Part shown: positions 8,120-18,395 of the stretch, in pieces | How positions within the stretch are numbered: position 1 is the first letter of the stretch | Layout: each line of letters opens with the position of its first letter | Assembly (NCBI GenBank): GCA_041484845.1 | Contig: JBGPIK010000001.1 | Coordinates: 529-64,528 of the forward strand | Reading direction: 5' to 3' | Source of the DNA: Candidatus Binatia bacterium | Lineage (GTDB): Bacteria; Desulfobacterota; Binatia; UBA9968 | DNA length: 64,000 nt | Position numbers and translations under genes: made by a program | Notes under the pieces: generated by a model | Told to the model about the DNA's origin: nothing | Databases searched by the model: none | Seen by the model: only the letters and a program-made list of their open reading frames with translations

Positions 8120-9676
8120 TCAATTGAATGAAATGGCCTTGCTATATTTATCGATTAGCAATTGGTGCTGGGCATTATTGCGCACGAAGATCGATGCGAC
8201 TTCGTCGGTATAAATAAGCGACCAATTTTTCTGGCTCTTTAGAATCGCCGCGATGGGGGACCGCGGATCAAAGAAGACCCAACTGATATCGTACTTATCG
8301 ATCGTTTCTTGCCATTCCGGCTGACCGTCGGCGATTTTTCGGTAGTCGTTCACACGGTTCGCTCCATACATATCGGAGCGGCCGTCGATAAACACCTTGT
8401 ATTGAGGCCATGCCGCAAAAATCATGTAATCGCCGAATTCATCGAGATTGAAAATATTTCCCGTTACAGCTTCCCGTTTGAGAAACTCAACGGCAGCTAC
8501 CGGGAAGCGGGTTTTGCTAAATTCGAAATGAATGAAACCGACGTTTGCCAGCGCTACAGTCACTGATATCGCGATGGCTGGCCACAGATAATGGCTCATC
8601 GATGCCTCTAATATGGCGAGGTTGTGCGATCTACGCTCATAGACTTGCAGGAGTCGCGGAGGCATACGGGTAAAAACGCCGTCAAGCATTCGAAGCAATG
8701 GACGGGAGACGATTATCGCGAATAATGGGACATACCTCACCGAGTACAGCGCCATGTAGGTTAACAAGACAATTACTCCGACTTCGATCGGATGCAGACG
8801 AGCCCGTGACCATGCAAGTGATGCTATTAAAAGCAGCAGCATGTATTTGAAGGGCAGCGCCTGGTGAAAGTTCGGCGACAGAAACTCGGAAATTCCATCC
8901 ATCAGAACGCGGTCCGACGTGAGCTTAAACGGAAAGAGTAAAATGTTATAGCCGTGCGGATTGATGACCGCAACGGCGGTGCATAAAACCGCCGACAGCG
9001 CGAGTTGCTTTGCTTTGTCGGAGCTTTGCTCCGCGATCGAAGGCGGTGCAGTTAAGAAGCGAAGAAAATTTCCACACGCGTAAATGACAAGTAGCAGGAG
9101 GCCGATCACAAAGCCGCCGTGCAGGTTGACCCACAAGAGCATTAACGGGGGAAGGTAAATCAAGGTGTTTCTGTGGCGAAATTGATAATCGTCGAGGGCC
9201 TGATACCACACAAGCGTGAGCGCTAAGGAAAAAATATGCGGCCGCGCCAGCCAATGACTGGATGATGTTGCCACCGCGACCGCTGTTATCCCGATCACGA
9301 GCACAATGTCGCTGCAGGTGCTTTTTAAGGAGCGATAAAGCAAAACATGCGTGAGGGCGAGAAAGAGGGAAAAACAAATAACGATTCCCGATAACCCCGA
9401 TGCGCGGTAAATGACGGCCATGATGACTTCTGAAAGCCACTCGTGGGCTATCCACGCTGGCGGCGGCGCTAAATAGGAAAATAGATCGTGGGTCGGAATG
9501 GTCCAGTTCTGAATAATATACTCGCCGGTTCGAATATGATAGCCCGTGTCCCCATCGGCGAGAAGGATGCTGCCGGATTTGAGCAGCAAAATTAGAAAAA
9601 TCCCTAAAAAAATTGTGCTGCCGAAAGAAGGTAGAAAACATGAGCGGGATTTCGGCGGCGGACTCATGCTAAGCAT
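8120..9676 (-). CDS. Polytopic membrane protein, possibly a GT-C-fold glycosyltransferase
   Basis: More than 10 hydrophobic segments. The N-terminal GDTGYHIRTGEYI..THDLFSY loop resembles GT-C/PMT-like proteins. Function not established. Confidence 0.5.
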   Translation of the reverse strand: MLSMSPPPKSRSCFLPSFGSTIFLGIFLILLLKSGSILLADGDTGYHIRTGEYIIQNWTIPTHDLFSYLAPPPAWIAHEWLSEVIMAVIYRASGLSGIVICFSLFLALTHVLLYRSLKSTCSDIVLVIGITAVAVATSSSHWLARPHIFSLALTLVWYQALDDYQFRHRNTLIYLPPLMLLWVNLHGGFVIGLLLLVIYACGNFLRFLTAPPSIAEQSSDKAKQLALSAVLCTAVAVINPHGYNILLFPFKLTSDRVLMDGISEFLSPNFHQALPFKYMLLLLIASLAWSRARLHPIEVGVIVLLTYMALYSVRYVPLFAIIVSRPLLRMLDGVFTRMPPRLLQVYERRSHNLAILEASMSHYLWPAIAISVTVALANVGFIHFEFSKTRFPVAAVEFLKREAVTGNIFNLDEFGDYMIFAAWPQYKVFIDGRSDMYGANRVNDYRKIADGQPEWQETIDKYDISWVFFDPRSPIAAILKSQKNWSLIYTDEVASIFVRNNAQHQLLIDKYSKAISFN

Positions 9677-9752
9677 GCCTCATGAGGATAGCCCCGTGGA
9701 ATCGGGGACGGAGGATCGTCACAGGAATCCCGAAAACGTCCATTCGTGGGGC

Positions 9753-10955
9753 TCAAAGAACCTGGCTCGTCTTGCGGACTTCTTGAACCGTTTCTTTTCG
9801 ACGATCAACGCCTACGCTGGGATTTTTGTCGACCCGAAAAAAGGGAGTTTTGATTAAAGTAAACAATCGCCTCCTGCGTAATTGCCGACCTTCGAGAACC
9901 CGCGGTAATACGATTCTAAATGTAGACCCTTTGCCCATTTCGCTATCGACCGTGATCGTCCCCTTGATCTGCTCGAGATGCTTTTTAACGATACTCAACC
10001 CGAGACCGATTCCGCCCCTCGATTGTTCCGTGGAGGTTTTATGAACTTGTATGAAGGGTTCAAAAATGGTGGTTAGATAATGTTGCGGAATCCCCATCCC
10101 GGTATCGCTTACCTCGAAGAGTATGGAGTCGGTAGAGGACACGGGCTCGACACGCACCGAAATAGAGCCTGTATCCGTATATTTCAGCGCGTTCTGCAAT
10201 AAATTGCTTAATATTTCTTTGAGCCTTTCCGCGTCGCTTACCATCGTCGTTAGCTTTGGCGAAACATTCCATTGGAGTTCGATGCCTTTTTGGCGGCACA
10301 GGAAATCGAAGGTATCGCGGAGATCGCTAATAAGTTTGCCTAGAGAAATTTGTTCGATACGGATTGCCTGCTTACTAGATTCTAAGCGCGAGTAGATGAG
10401 AATCTGATCAATCATGTTTTTGAGATGACTCGATTGCTTAGCGACGACCTGTAATATTTCGTGATGCTTGGCCTGGATTTCGCCGTAGAGGCCGTCGGTC
10501 ATGCACTCAATGTAGCCGATAATGACCGCCAATGGAGTTCTAAGCTCGTGCGATACCTGGTTTAGAAACTCTGATTTAAGTCGTGCCAGATGTTCCGCTC
10601 TTTCCTTTTCCTGCTTGAGGACTGCAAGAATCGCATCGCTTTTGTTTTTAGGGGGAGAGGAGGCGCTCGCGATGACCAGCGCCACCATGAGAATGCCGAA
10701 GACCGCGATGCCGCCGTACAGGAGCAGTTCTTTATTTGTCAATAAGTAGATTGCAAAGTTAAAAACTTGATGCCCCGCTTTTTCGGAAATTTCAGAAATG
10801 TTCGGCGGTCTCAAGGAATCGCTATGAGCGGCGCGGGGATGCGAGTAGCTCAAATCCGCTGCACCGTTGGCAGCGTGGCAGCCCGATGGGAACGCGCCGC
10901 CGACAATCATGGCGAGCATGAGAAGCCCGGCAATAATTGCGGTTCTGAGCGCCAT
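9753..10955 (-). CDS. Sensor histidine kinase (HisKA + HATPase_c)
   Basis: H-box FLNQVSHELRTPLAVIIGY, N-box LLQNALKYT, G-boxes DTGMGI and GGIGLGLSIV; two N-terminal TM segments. Confidence 0.9.
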   Translation of the reverse strand: MALRTAIIAGLLMLAMIVGGAFPSGCHAANGAADLSYSHPRAAHSDSLRPPNISEISEKAGHQVFNFAIYLLTNKELLLYGGIAVFGILMVALVIASASSPPKNKSDAILAVLKQEKERAEHLARLKSEFLNQVSHELRTPLAVIIGYIECMTDGLYGEIQAKHHEILQVVAKQSSHLKNMIDQILIYSRLESSKQAIRIEQISLGKLISDLRDTFDFLCRQKGIELQWNVSPKLTTMVSDAERLKEILSNLLQNALKYTDTGSISVRVEPVSSTDSILFEVSDTGMGIPQHYLTTIFEPFIQVHKTSTEQSRGGIGLGLSIVKKHLEQIKGTITVDSEMGKGSTFRIVLPRVLEGRQLRRRRLFTLIKTPFFRVDKNPSVGVDRRKETVQEVRKTSQVL

Positions 10956-10957
10956 TC

Positions 10958-11914
10958 CTAGAAATTGGCGGCGGCTTGATCGAGATTAGTTTTTTTTTCG
11001 GGAGCGCAAACTTCTATCCGATCTTTTCCGCTGTTCTTTGCGACGTAGAGGGCTTGATCGGCGTCCTTCAACATCTGCGGCCACTCGGAATAGCTTCGAT
11101 TCGAGGTTGAACTCAGGCCAATGCTCACGGTCAGGCGGAAGGGCTGATTGGGGGCGCCGAAAGTACAAGATCTGATCGCATCGTGGATTTTGGTGGCAAC
11201 CTGTAGAGCGCTGTCTTGCTCCGTTTCAGGCAATACGAGAACAAACTCTTCGCCGCCGTAGCGTGATGGAAAATCGCTCTGTCGCGTCTTCTCGCGCAGC
11301 GTCTCTGAAATTTTGACGAGTGCCGCGTCGCCGCCGTGGTGACCATAGGTGTCATTGATGAGTTTGAAGTTGTCGATATCGAGCATGAGCAGAGAAAGGG
11401 GATGGTGATAACGCTTGGCGCGCTCAAATTCTTCGTTAAGTTTCTTTTCCGAGGCGCGACGATTAAAGAGGCCGGTCAACGGATCAATATGCGTCTGATG
11501 TTCTAAATGCTGCTGGTACTGGACGACGCGTGATCCGACTCGCACCCGCGCGAGGAGCTCTGAAAAGGAAAACGGCTTCGTGATGTAATCATCCGCTCCC
11601 AGATCCAAACCACGGACCCGGTCGCCTTCCTGAATTCGCGCGGTGATTAGAATCAAATAAATACTCTTGAGAGCTGCGTTGTTTCTAATGCGGTTAATTA
11701 ACTCGAAACCATCCATTTTAGGCATCATAATGTCAGAGAGCGCGATTTGGACCTTTTCGACTTCGAGTTTCTCGAGGGCTTCGACGCCGTTGGCGGCCGT
11801 GACCACTCGATACCCTTCTCTCTGAAGAACGATCGCCAGTAAGTCTCTTTGATCGGGATGGTCCTCTATGACGAGGACGGTTAAAGGCGTCTTGTCTGTT
11901 GCATTATTGTTCAT
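10958..11914 (-). CDS. Response regulator with GGDEF output (PleD-like diguanylate cyclase)
   Basis: Receiver domain (VLVIEDHPD..SDIMMPKMDG..KPF) plus GGDEF domain with an intact GGEEF. Confidence 0.9.
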   Translation of the reverse strand: MNNNATDKTPLTVLVIEDHPDQRDLLAIVLQREGYRVVTAANGVEALEKLEVEKVQIALSDIMMPKMDGFELINRIRNNAALKSIYLILITARIQEGDRVRGLDLGADDYITKPFSFSELLARVRVGSRVVQYQQHLEHQTHIDPLTGLFNRRASEKKLNEEFERAKRYHHPLSLLMLDIDNFKLINDTYGHHGGDAALVKISETLREKTRQSDFPSRYGGEEFVLVLPETEQDSALQVATKIHDAIRSCTFGAPNQPFRLTVSIGLSSTSNRSYSEWPQMLKDADQALYVAKNSGKDRIEVCAPEKKTNLDQAAANF

Positions 11915-12186
11915 CTATTTTCTTTTCCGTTGGACAGTTTCGTCATGTGCCGAGCGTCTACGCTAGCAAAAGCCGTACCCGGTAACGAGCTGTCAATTTG
12001 TTGTCTCATTTCCGGACATGTGATGAACCGCTGAGAGCGGAATTTTGACCAATGTCTCAATATTCCTATCTTATTCGCTAATCAACTACTTTGGCATGAG
12101 ATTCCTAGTGGCGACAGATTTTGGCCGACGCCTAATCTAAACTGTGCAAATAGTGACATCGGCTTGGTCCTGACTGTCAAATTTGG

Positions 12187-12218
12187 CATCCAAGTCACGC
12201 CAGAACGCGACTTGGATG
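12187..12218. promoter_or_regulatory. 10-bp perfect inverted repeat with 12-nt spacer upstream of the flp sigma-54 promoter (candidate activator site)
   Basis: CATCCAAGTC-acgccagaacgc-GACTTGGATG. Confidence 0.4.
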
Positions 12219-12252
12219 GGTCAATACATTGAAAAGGCAAGAAAGTCAGTTC

Positions 12253-12268
12253 TGGCACGGAATCTGCT
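12253..12268 (+). promoter_or_regulatory. Sigma-54 (-24/-12) promoter candidate for the flp/tad operon
   Basis: TGGCAC-ggaat-CTGCT against consensus TGGCAC-N5-TTGCW; GG and GC are correctly spaced; about 150 nt upstream of flp. Confidence 0.55.
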
Positions 12269-12417
12269 CAGGGCACAATCCATAACAGATTGGTTGCGAA
12301 GAAGAACTCAATACAGATTAAAAGCCAGATGACGAAAGAGTGTTCTTCATGAACCAACGATTATCGAACTGACGGAAAAAAGGAAATTGGCTTAATCGGA
12401 AAGGGGGTGAAACTAAT

Positions 12418-12612
12418 ATGGAGCTTCTAAAGAGGTTAGTGCTAGAGGAGGACGGGCAAGGTTTGGTGGAATATACCTTGATTGTTCTGCTCGTGGCGTT
12501 GGTTTTCTGGGTAGCGATTAAGAATACGAACATTGGTACGGCTTTGGCCGATGGATGGAGCAGCATCACAAGTTGCGTGAGCAATCCGACGGGTTGCAGT
12601 GCCTCCTCTTAA
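12418..12612 (+). CDS. flp: Flp-family type IVb pilin
   Basis: EEDGQGLVEYTLIVLLVALVF contains the G/xxxxEY Flp processing motif and hydrophobic stem; RBS GGGGGTGA. Confidence 0.9.
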   Translation: MELLKRLVLEEDGQGLVEYTLIVLLVALVFWVAIKNTNIGTALADGWSSITSCVSNPTGCSASS

Positions 12613-12640
12613 TGACATGGGAATGAAAGTAATCGATGAT

Positions 12641-12671
12641 GAAGTTTGCCCGGAGTTAGGAGGGTAACCTC
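12641..12671 (+). other. Strong stem-loop just downstream of flp (attenuator or mRNA-stabilising hairpin)
   Basis: CCGGAGTTAGGAGG-gtaa-CCTCCTACTCCGG (13 bp with one bulge). No U-tract follows. Confidence 0.5.
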
Positions 12672-12774
12672 CTACTCCGGGGGCGTGTCCAACTGACATC
12701 GGTTGCGAGAATTTCGTTGACAGCCTAGACTCTCATGTGTAGGATTTCGCGAAAACAATGGCGTAACAAAGCTT

Positions 12775-13314
12775 TTGATTCTTTTTGATCTAATTGTCGT
12801 AACCGTTACGAGCCTATCGGTTTTCTTCGATCTGACAGTTCGAAGGATTCCGAATTGGCTTATTTTGTTTGGCCTGGGAGCAGGCTTAATACTCAATTTT
12901 CACCGGAGCCCAAGCGAGTTTTCCTACAGTGTAATCGGGTTTTTTATCGGCGTCGGAACCTTCCTTGTTCCTTTTTCACTTGGCTGGATGGGCGCCGGTG
13001 ATGTAAAATACTCCGGAGTGATTGGTGCGATACTCGGAGTTAAATTGCTTCCCAGAGTTTTATTTTACGCTTCGGTGGTGGCCGGGATAATGGCGATAGG
13101 TTCCGTATTGGTCGGCCGTTGTCGACTAAGCGTTTTGAAAACTACTTGGACCGAATGCAAAATCGCCGCTTTAACTTTTGGTCACCTCCTTCCCGAAACT
13201 GTAACCGTGCGAGTTTCACAGGGTGGCTATTCGTTACCGTGGGGCGTCGCTCTTGGTGCCGGAACGATGCTCGCCTATTTCGTTGATCGCGAAGGACATT
13301 GGGCTGGTTTTTAG
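12775..13314 (+). CDS. cpaA: Prepilin peptidase CpaA/TadV (A24 family)
   Basis: FFDLTVRRIPNWL and GWMGAGDVKY carry the two catalytic Asp motifs; multi-TM; TTG start. Confidence 0.85.
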   Translation: MILFDLIVVTVTSLSVFFDLTVRRIPNWLILFGLGAGLILNFHRSPSEFSYSVIGFFIGVGTFLVPFSLGWMGAGDVKYSGVIGAILGVKLLPRVLFYASVVAGIMAIGSVLVGRCRLSVLKTTWTECKIAALTFGHLLPETVTVRVSQGGYSLPWGVALGAGTMLAYFVDREGHWAGF

Positions 13315-13378
13315 AACTAATTTAGAATCTAATAATGAAGAGAAACGAGTAGTAGCGTTAATTGAAAGAGGAGCTGCC

Positions 13379-14203
13379 ATGCAGAACCGATTGAAAGTCG
13401 CTCTTGTTGTTGCGGTGTTTTTCGGTTTGATCGCCGCCTATGGAATATACAATTTCTTAAATCAACAACGAAAAGCCGCGGAAGCATTCCGTACGACGAC
13501 GCAGGACGTTGTGGTCGCGGCGAAAGATATCGCGCCCGGCACGATGATTAATGAAGATCTCATCAAGAACGGCACGATTAAAACAACGCCGTGGCCGAAG
13601 ACGTCCGTACCGGTAGGGGCATTCTCGTCGCCCCAGCAGGTTATCGGCAAAACAAACCGCGTGAAGATTATTGCGAACGAGCCGATCCTTGAGTCGCGAC
13701 TAGCCGGGGAAGGAGCCGGTCTGACGGTTAGGCTAGAAGCCGGTAAGCGGGCTATGGCCGTAAGGGTCGACGAAATCATCGGCGTGAGTGGATTTATCGT
13801 TCCCGATGATCGTGTCGATGTGATACTTACAACGACGCCTCCGGGAAGCGCGAGCCAGGAGAATCGAATAGCGAAGATTGTCCTGCAGAACAAGCGAGTG
13901 CTTTCGGTCGCTCAAAGCACGGAACAAAAGGATGGAAAGCCACAGCTTGCCCGATCGATAACGTTAGAAGTGACTCCGGAGGATGCTGAAAAACTATCGC
14001 TTGCTTCGCAGGAAGGACAGATCGCTCTGGCGCTTAGAGGACTGGGTGATGATGCGCAAACGGCGACATCGGGCAGTCGCAAAGGGGATCTTCTGGCGGT
14101 CGCTGCGGTTAAAAAGGGAACCCCGGGAACCGTGGTTCGTGCGCCGGAGAAATACCGGGTGGAAGTCATTCAGGGTAATGATCGGAAAGTGGTGGAATTC
14201 TAA
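13379..14203 (+). CDS. cpaB: Flp pilus assembly protein CpaB/RcpC
   Basis: N-terminal TM (KVALVVAVFFGLIAAYGIY) followed by a SAF/RcpC-type region. ATG at 13379 with RBS GAGGAG was chosen over the longer ORF-track start. Confidence 0.8.
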   Translation: MQNRLKVALVVAVFFGLIAAYGIYNFLNQQRKAAEAFRTTTQDVVVAAKDIAPGTMINEDLIKNGTIKTTPWPKTSVPVGAFSSPQQVIGKTNRVKIIANEPILESRLAGEGAGLTVRLEAGKRAMAVRVDEIIGVSGFIVPDDRVDVILTTTPPGSASQENRIAKIVLQNKRVLSVAQSTEQKDGKPQLARSITLEVTPEDAEKLSLASQEGQIALALRGLGDDAQTATSGSRKGDLLAVAAVKKGTPGTVVRAPEKYRVEVIQGNDRKVVEF

Positions 14204-14225
14204 ATTGATTGTAAGGAGAGAACCA

Positions 14226-15707
14226 ATGTTACACTTTCGGTCGTACAAAGGACTGCAACCCATTCTCGGCCTTGGTGCTTTTTGTCTGGTGTTTGTAGCG
14301 TCGCAGCTATTCGCGCAGCAACAGCCGGTCACACCAACCATTACGGTTACCGTTAATAAATCAATGGTTTTTCGACTCGCGGAAAGAGCGAAGCGAGTCT
14401 CCGTTTCACAGCCTCAAGTTGCGGATGTAGTGGTCGTCGCGCCAACCCAGCTTTTAATCAATGGCAAAGCCGTCGGTACGACATCGCTGATCCTATTCGA
14501 CGATAAGGGTGAAGTGTCGAATTATGATTTAATTGTTACCCCTGACGTCGGAGCGCTGCGCGCCCAATTGAGGGTTGTGCTTCCGAATGAAAAAGTGGAG
14601 GTATCGACATCCGCCGCCTTTCTCGTGCTTAGAGGAGAGGTCTCCAATGAGGTCGTGTACGATAAGGTCCTTGAATTGGTGCAATCGTATCTTCCGCCCA
14701 AACCTCCTGCAGCAGTGGCCCCGTCGACAAACACGAGCGTCAGTGTCGGAGCAAGGCAAAGTCGACCTACCATCACTGGGATAAGTCTTGCAGGCGGAGG
14801 CCAGCTTTCGTTTGAGGAGGAATCCTCCTTGGAACATGTGGACAGATGGGAGGACAAGCGAAAACTCGAGGGAATTATTGACCTGCTGGTAATCAAAGAG
14901 GTTCGACAAATCGAGTTGGACGTCATTGTTGCTGAAGTTCAAATGGATAAATTGAGGGACATCGGGTTTAACATTACGCAAAGCAACAAAAATCCCAATC
15001 AGAACTTCAATTCCGTGAATACACTGGGGTCATTGCTTGGCGGTGTCTCTACCGGTTCTTTTTCGTGGGTCAATGGGGCTTACTCTCTTACAACGTTATA
15101 TAGACTGCTCCAGAATAAGGACATTTCAGAAATTCTGGCTCAGCCCCGACTGGTGATGAAGAATGGCCGGTCTGGTACGTTTTTGGCCGGAGGAGAATTT
15201 CCGGTGGTGCAGACTCTGCAGGATTCGTTCTCGGTAGAATTTAAGCCTTTCGGTGTGAAGCTCGATTTTGTTCCGACAATAACCTGGTCGGATCGTATCG
15301 ATCTTAGAGTTTACCCCGAAGTCAGTGAAATTGATGAAGCCATTGCCGTCAACGGAATACCAGGACTCAAGGTGCGTAGAACCGTCAATCGCGTCGAAAT
15401 GACCGACGGTGAGAGTTTGGTCATTGGCGGTCTCTTGGATCGACGAATAACAAAATCCCTTAACAAGTTCCCGCTTTTGGGAGACATCCCGATTTTGGGC
15501 GCGCTTTTTCGCAGCACGCACTTCCAAAACTCCGAGTCGGAACTGGTCTTCGTGATTACTCCGCGAATTGTGAGAGCGATGAAGCCTGGGGAAAAACCGC
15601 AGCTTCCGTCCATCGAAAAATATGATGACCCCGACATTCGACAAATTCCACTGCCTGAGTCTTCCGATGACAGGAGGCCAACGTCGCGGGGGGCAACTAT
15701 TCCATAG
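14226..15707 (+). CDS. cpaC: Secretin CpaC/RcpA
   Basis: Signal peptide, BON-like N-domain, and C-terminal secretin motifs (GESLVIGGLL..PLLGDIPILGALFRS..ELVFVITPRIV). Confidence 0.9.
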   Translation: MLHFRSYKGLQPILGLGAFCLVFVASQLFAQQQPVTPTITVTVNKSMVFRLAERAKRVSVSQPQVADVVVVAPTQLLINGKAVGTTSLILFDDKGEVSNYDLIVTPDVGALRAQLRVVLPNEKVEVSTSAAFLVLRGEVSNEVVYDKVLELVQSYLPPKPPAAVAPSTNTSVSVGARQSRPTITGISLAGGGQLSFEEESSLEHVDRWEDKRKLEGIIDLLVIKEVRQIELDVIVAEVQMDKLRDIGFNITQSNKNPNQNFNSVNTLGSLLGGVSTGSFSWVNGAYSLTTLYRLLQNKDISEILAQPRLVMKNGRSGTFLAGGEFPVVQTLQDSFSVEFKPFGVKLDFVPTITWSDRIDLRVYPEVSEIDEAIAVNGIPGLKVRRTVNRVEMTDGESLVIGGLLDRRITKSLNKFPLLGDIPILGALFRSTHFQNSESELVFVITPRIVRAMKPGEKPQLPSIEKYDDPDIRQIPLPESSDDRRPTSRGATIP

Positions 15708-15774
15708 CGGCCACGACTTAGTGCCCCGGCAAGCCGCCGCATGGACGTAAGGCGACCATCGCCTATATAAGGCA

Positions 15775-16992
15775 ATGAAGTTTCCAATAGTTTTGATAGG
15801 CGAAGACAGTCTCACGTTAGCCTCTCTGAAGCAGCAATTGGAGAAGGAGCCCGCATTTTACGTCGAGCCCCGAATATTCACGTACGCGGAAGCCTTTGAG
15901 GGCTTGCGGAATAAGACCGGACCGACAATTGCTGTTGTAGACTTAACCCTCGACCCGGAGCGCGCATTTACAATTGCCGAAGAGATCAAATTTAAGCTTT
16001 CACATGTGCGCATGGTGATCACGTCACCGACCAGTGATCCGGAAACAATTTTGCGTGCCATGCGATCCGGTGCTGAGGAATTTCTAACTCAACCTTTCAA
16101 CTGGCCGGAGGTGTTTAAGTCTTTCGACGCAATTCGTAAAAAGATCGATATACATACGAATAGGACATCGGACCGGGGGCATATCATTGCGGTATCCTCA
16201 AACAAAGGAGGCGTAGGATCGACTACCGTTGCCACCAATCTTGCCGCTAACCTGGTGACTCACAAAAAATCGGTTTGTCTGGTTGATCTGGTGCTTCAAT
16301 TCGGTTCGGTCACGAGCTTTCTTAATATCGAGGCTACGTACACGATTCTTGACCTCGCGAAAAACTTAAAGCGGATTGATCCCCTGTTTCTTGACGGTTC
16401 TTTAGTAAAACACGGCTCCGGAATCCGGGTGCTCGCGGAACCGTTCTATGCCGAGGACGCGAGACGAATTACGCCGGCGGATATCGATGAGATCCTAGAT
16501 GTCCTTGCGCAGTCCTTTGACTTCGTGATTGTCGACACGCCGAAAGATTTCGGCGAGATGTTGGCGTTGGTGTTGGATAAAGCCCACCTAATTTTGTTTG
16601 CCACTGAAATGGACGTACCGTCGCTGAAGAGTGCCCATCGTGCCTTTGAACTTTATGAGCGCATGGGCATTTATGAGAAAAAAATCCGTCTGATTTTGAA
16701 CCGCTACGTAAAAAGTAAATTGATGAGTTTGGAATCCGTGGAACGGGCGCTCGGCGTCAAAGTCTTTTGGACGTTGCCAAACAATTATCCGGTAGCGATC
16801 GCTGCGGTGAATCAGGGACTCTCCATCGAAGAGTGCGATCCAAGATCCGATATCGCTAAAAGCTATGTGGGGCTCACTGAAGCCGTTATGGAAACTTTTA
16901 TGCTTGCGGGCGTGGCATTGGCTGATGAGCCAGACGAAAAGTCGTCCGGATTATGGGCACGCTTGATGCCTGCGCGGAGCCTCACTAAGTAA
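15775..16992 (+). CDS. cpaE: CpaE/TadZ: atypical receiver domain fused to a ParA/MinD-type ATPase
   Basis: Deviant Walker [17 protein letters not shown]; receiver-like N-terminal ~120 aa. Confidence 0.85.
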   Translation: MKFPIVLIGEDSLTLASLKQQLEKEPAFYVEPRIFTYAEAFEGLRNKTGPTIAVVDLTLDPERAFTIAEEIKFKLSHVRMVITSPTSDPETILRAMRSGAEEFLTQPFNWPEVFKSFDAIRKKIDIHTNRTSDRGHIIAVSSNKGGVGSTTVATNLAANLVTHKKSVCLVDLVLQFGSVTSFLNIEATYTILDLAKNLKRIDPLFLDGSLVKHGSGIRVLAEPFYAEDARRITPADIDEILDVLAQSFDFVIVDTPKDFGEMLALVLDKAHLILFATEMDVPSLKSAHRAFELYERMGIYEKKIRLILNRYVKSKLMSLESVERALGVKVFWTLPNNYPVAIAAVNQGLSIEECDPRSDIAKSYVGLTEAVMETFMLAGVALADEPDEKSSGLWARLMPARSLTK

Positions 16993-17003
16993 AGGGTTCG
17001 CCA

Positions 17004-18395
17004 ATGAAAAATCCACCGTTCGATACAGACCGTGACAAATGGGAATCGGAAAGAAGCGCCGGGGACGGTTTCCGTAGCCCGCTGAGACCGATGCAGGCGT
17101 CCAGTTCGGATATTATTTTGCAGGACCTGAGACTACGGATTCATCGTAAGCTCATCGATACACTCGATCTAGCCAAGCTGTCGACTCTGGAAATGGAGCG
17201 GGTCAAGGTCGAGATTCGCAGGATTCTCGAAGATTTGGTCATGTCCGAAGCGATTCCCCTGAGTCGCACCGATCGTGACCGGATTGTGATGGAGGTACAA
17301 CACGAGGTCTTCGGGTTGGGCCCGCTGGAAATATTGATGAAGGATCCGGAGATTTCGGATATTCTGGTTAATACCCCTCACTATGTTTATGTCGAGCGAT
17401 ATGGGAAACTCGAGAAAACCGACGTGCGTTTTCGCGACGATGCGCATCTGATGCAAATTATCGAGCGAATCGTCACTCGCGTCGGCCGGCGAGTGGATGA
17501 AAGCTCGCCGATGGTCGATGCTCGGTTGCCGGACGGCTCGCGCGTGAACGCGATTATTCCGCCGCTCGCGCTTGACGGCCCGATATTGTCGATTCGCCGT
17601 TTCGGTGCCGAACGCCTCACCATTAACGATCTGATTCAGTTCAACTCCGTACCGTCCCAGATTGCCGAAGTCGTGGCGGCGTGCGTCAAGTCGCGGCTCA
17701 ATATTTTGGTGTCGGGTGGAACGGGTGCGGGTAAGACGACGCTTCTCAACTGTTTGTCCAATTACATTCCGGAAAATGAGCGTATCGTGACCATTGAAGA
17801 CTCGGCCGAATTAAAAGTTCAGCGAGAGCACGTTGTTCGACTCGAGACCCGGCCGCCCAATATTGAAGGGCAAGGATCCGTGACGCAGCGAGATTTGCTC
17901 AGAAACGCATTGCGCATGCGGCCGGACCGAATCGTCGTTGGTGAGGTACGAGGTGGTGAAGCCCTCGATATGATGCAGGCGATGAATACCGGTCACGACG
18001 GTTCCATTAGTACAATTCACGCTAATAGCGCGCGGGATGCGCTGTCCCGCTTGGAGACCATGATGTTAATGGCCGGAATTGCCTTGCCGGAGCGTGCATT
18101 GAGGGAGCAGGTCGCTTCGGCCCTGGATGTTATTGTGCAATTAAGTAGATTAAGCGATGGCAGTCGAAAGCTCATAGAATTTACAGAGGTCACGGGCATG
18201 GAAGGCCCTACGATTACCACACAAACGATCTTCAAGTTTGAACAAAGAGGTGTCGAAAACGGCAAGATTGTAGGCGAATTTGTTGCTACCGGCGTGATGC
18301 CGGCCTTTTTAGATCGTCTGGAGCGATACGGGTTTCGTCTTCCAAATACCCACTTTATGTCGGCCGGTTTGGGGGCAAAGAGAAGGGGCTTATGA
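17004..18395 (+). CDS. cpaF: Tad secretion ATPase CpaF/TadA
   Basis: Walker [10 protein letters not shown], Asp box, Walker [10 protein letters not shown], His box MNTGHDGS. Confidence 0.95.
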   Translation: MKNPPFDTDRDKWESERSAGDGFRSPLRPMQASSSDIILQDLRLRIHRKLIDTLDLAKLSTLEMERVKVEIRRILEDLVMSEAIPLSRTDRDRIVMEVQHEVFGLGPLEILMKDPEISDILVNTPHYVYVERYGKLEKTDVRFRDDAHLMQIIERIVTRVGRRVDESSPMVDARLPDGSRVNAIIPPLALDGPILSIRRFGAERLTINDLIQFNSVPSQIAEVVAACVKSRLNILVSGGTGAGKTTLLNCLSNYIPENERIVTIEDSAELKVQREHVVRLETRPPNIEGQGSVTQRDLLRNALRMRPDRIVVGEVRGGEALDMMQAMNTGHDGSISTIHANSARDALSRLETMMLMAGIALPERALREQVASALDVIVQLSRLSDGSRKLIEFTEVTGMEGPTITTQTIFKFEQRGVENGKIVGEFVATGVMPAFLDRLERYGFRLPNTHFMSAGLGAKRRGL

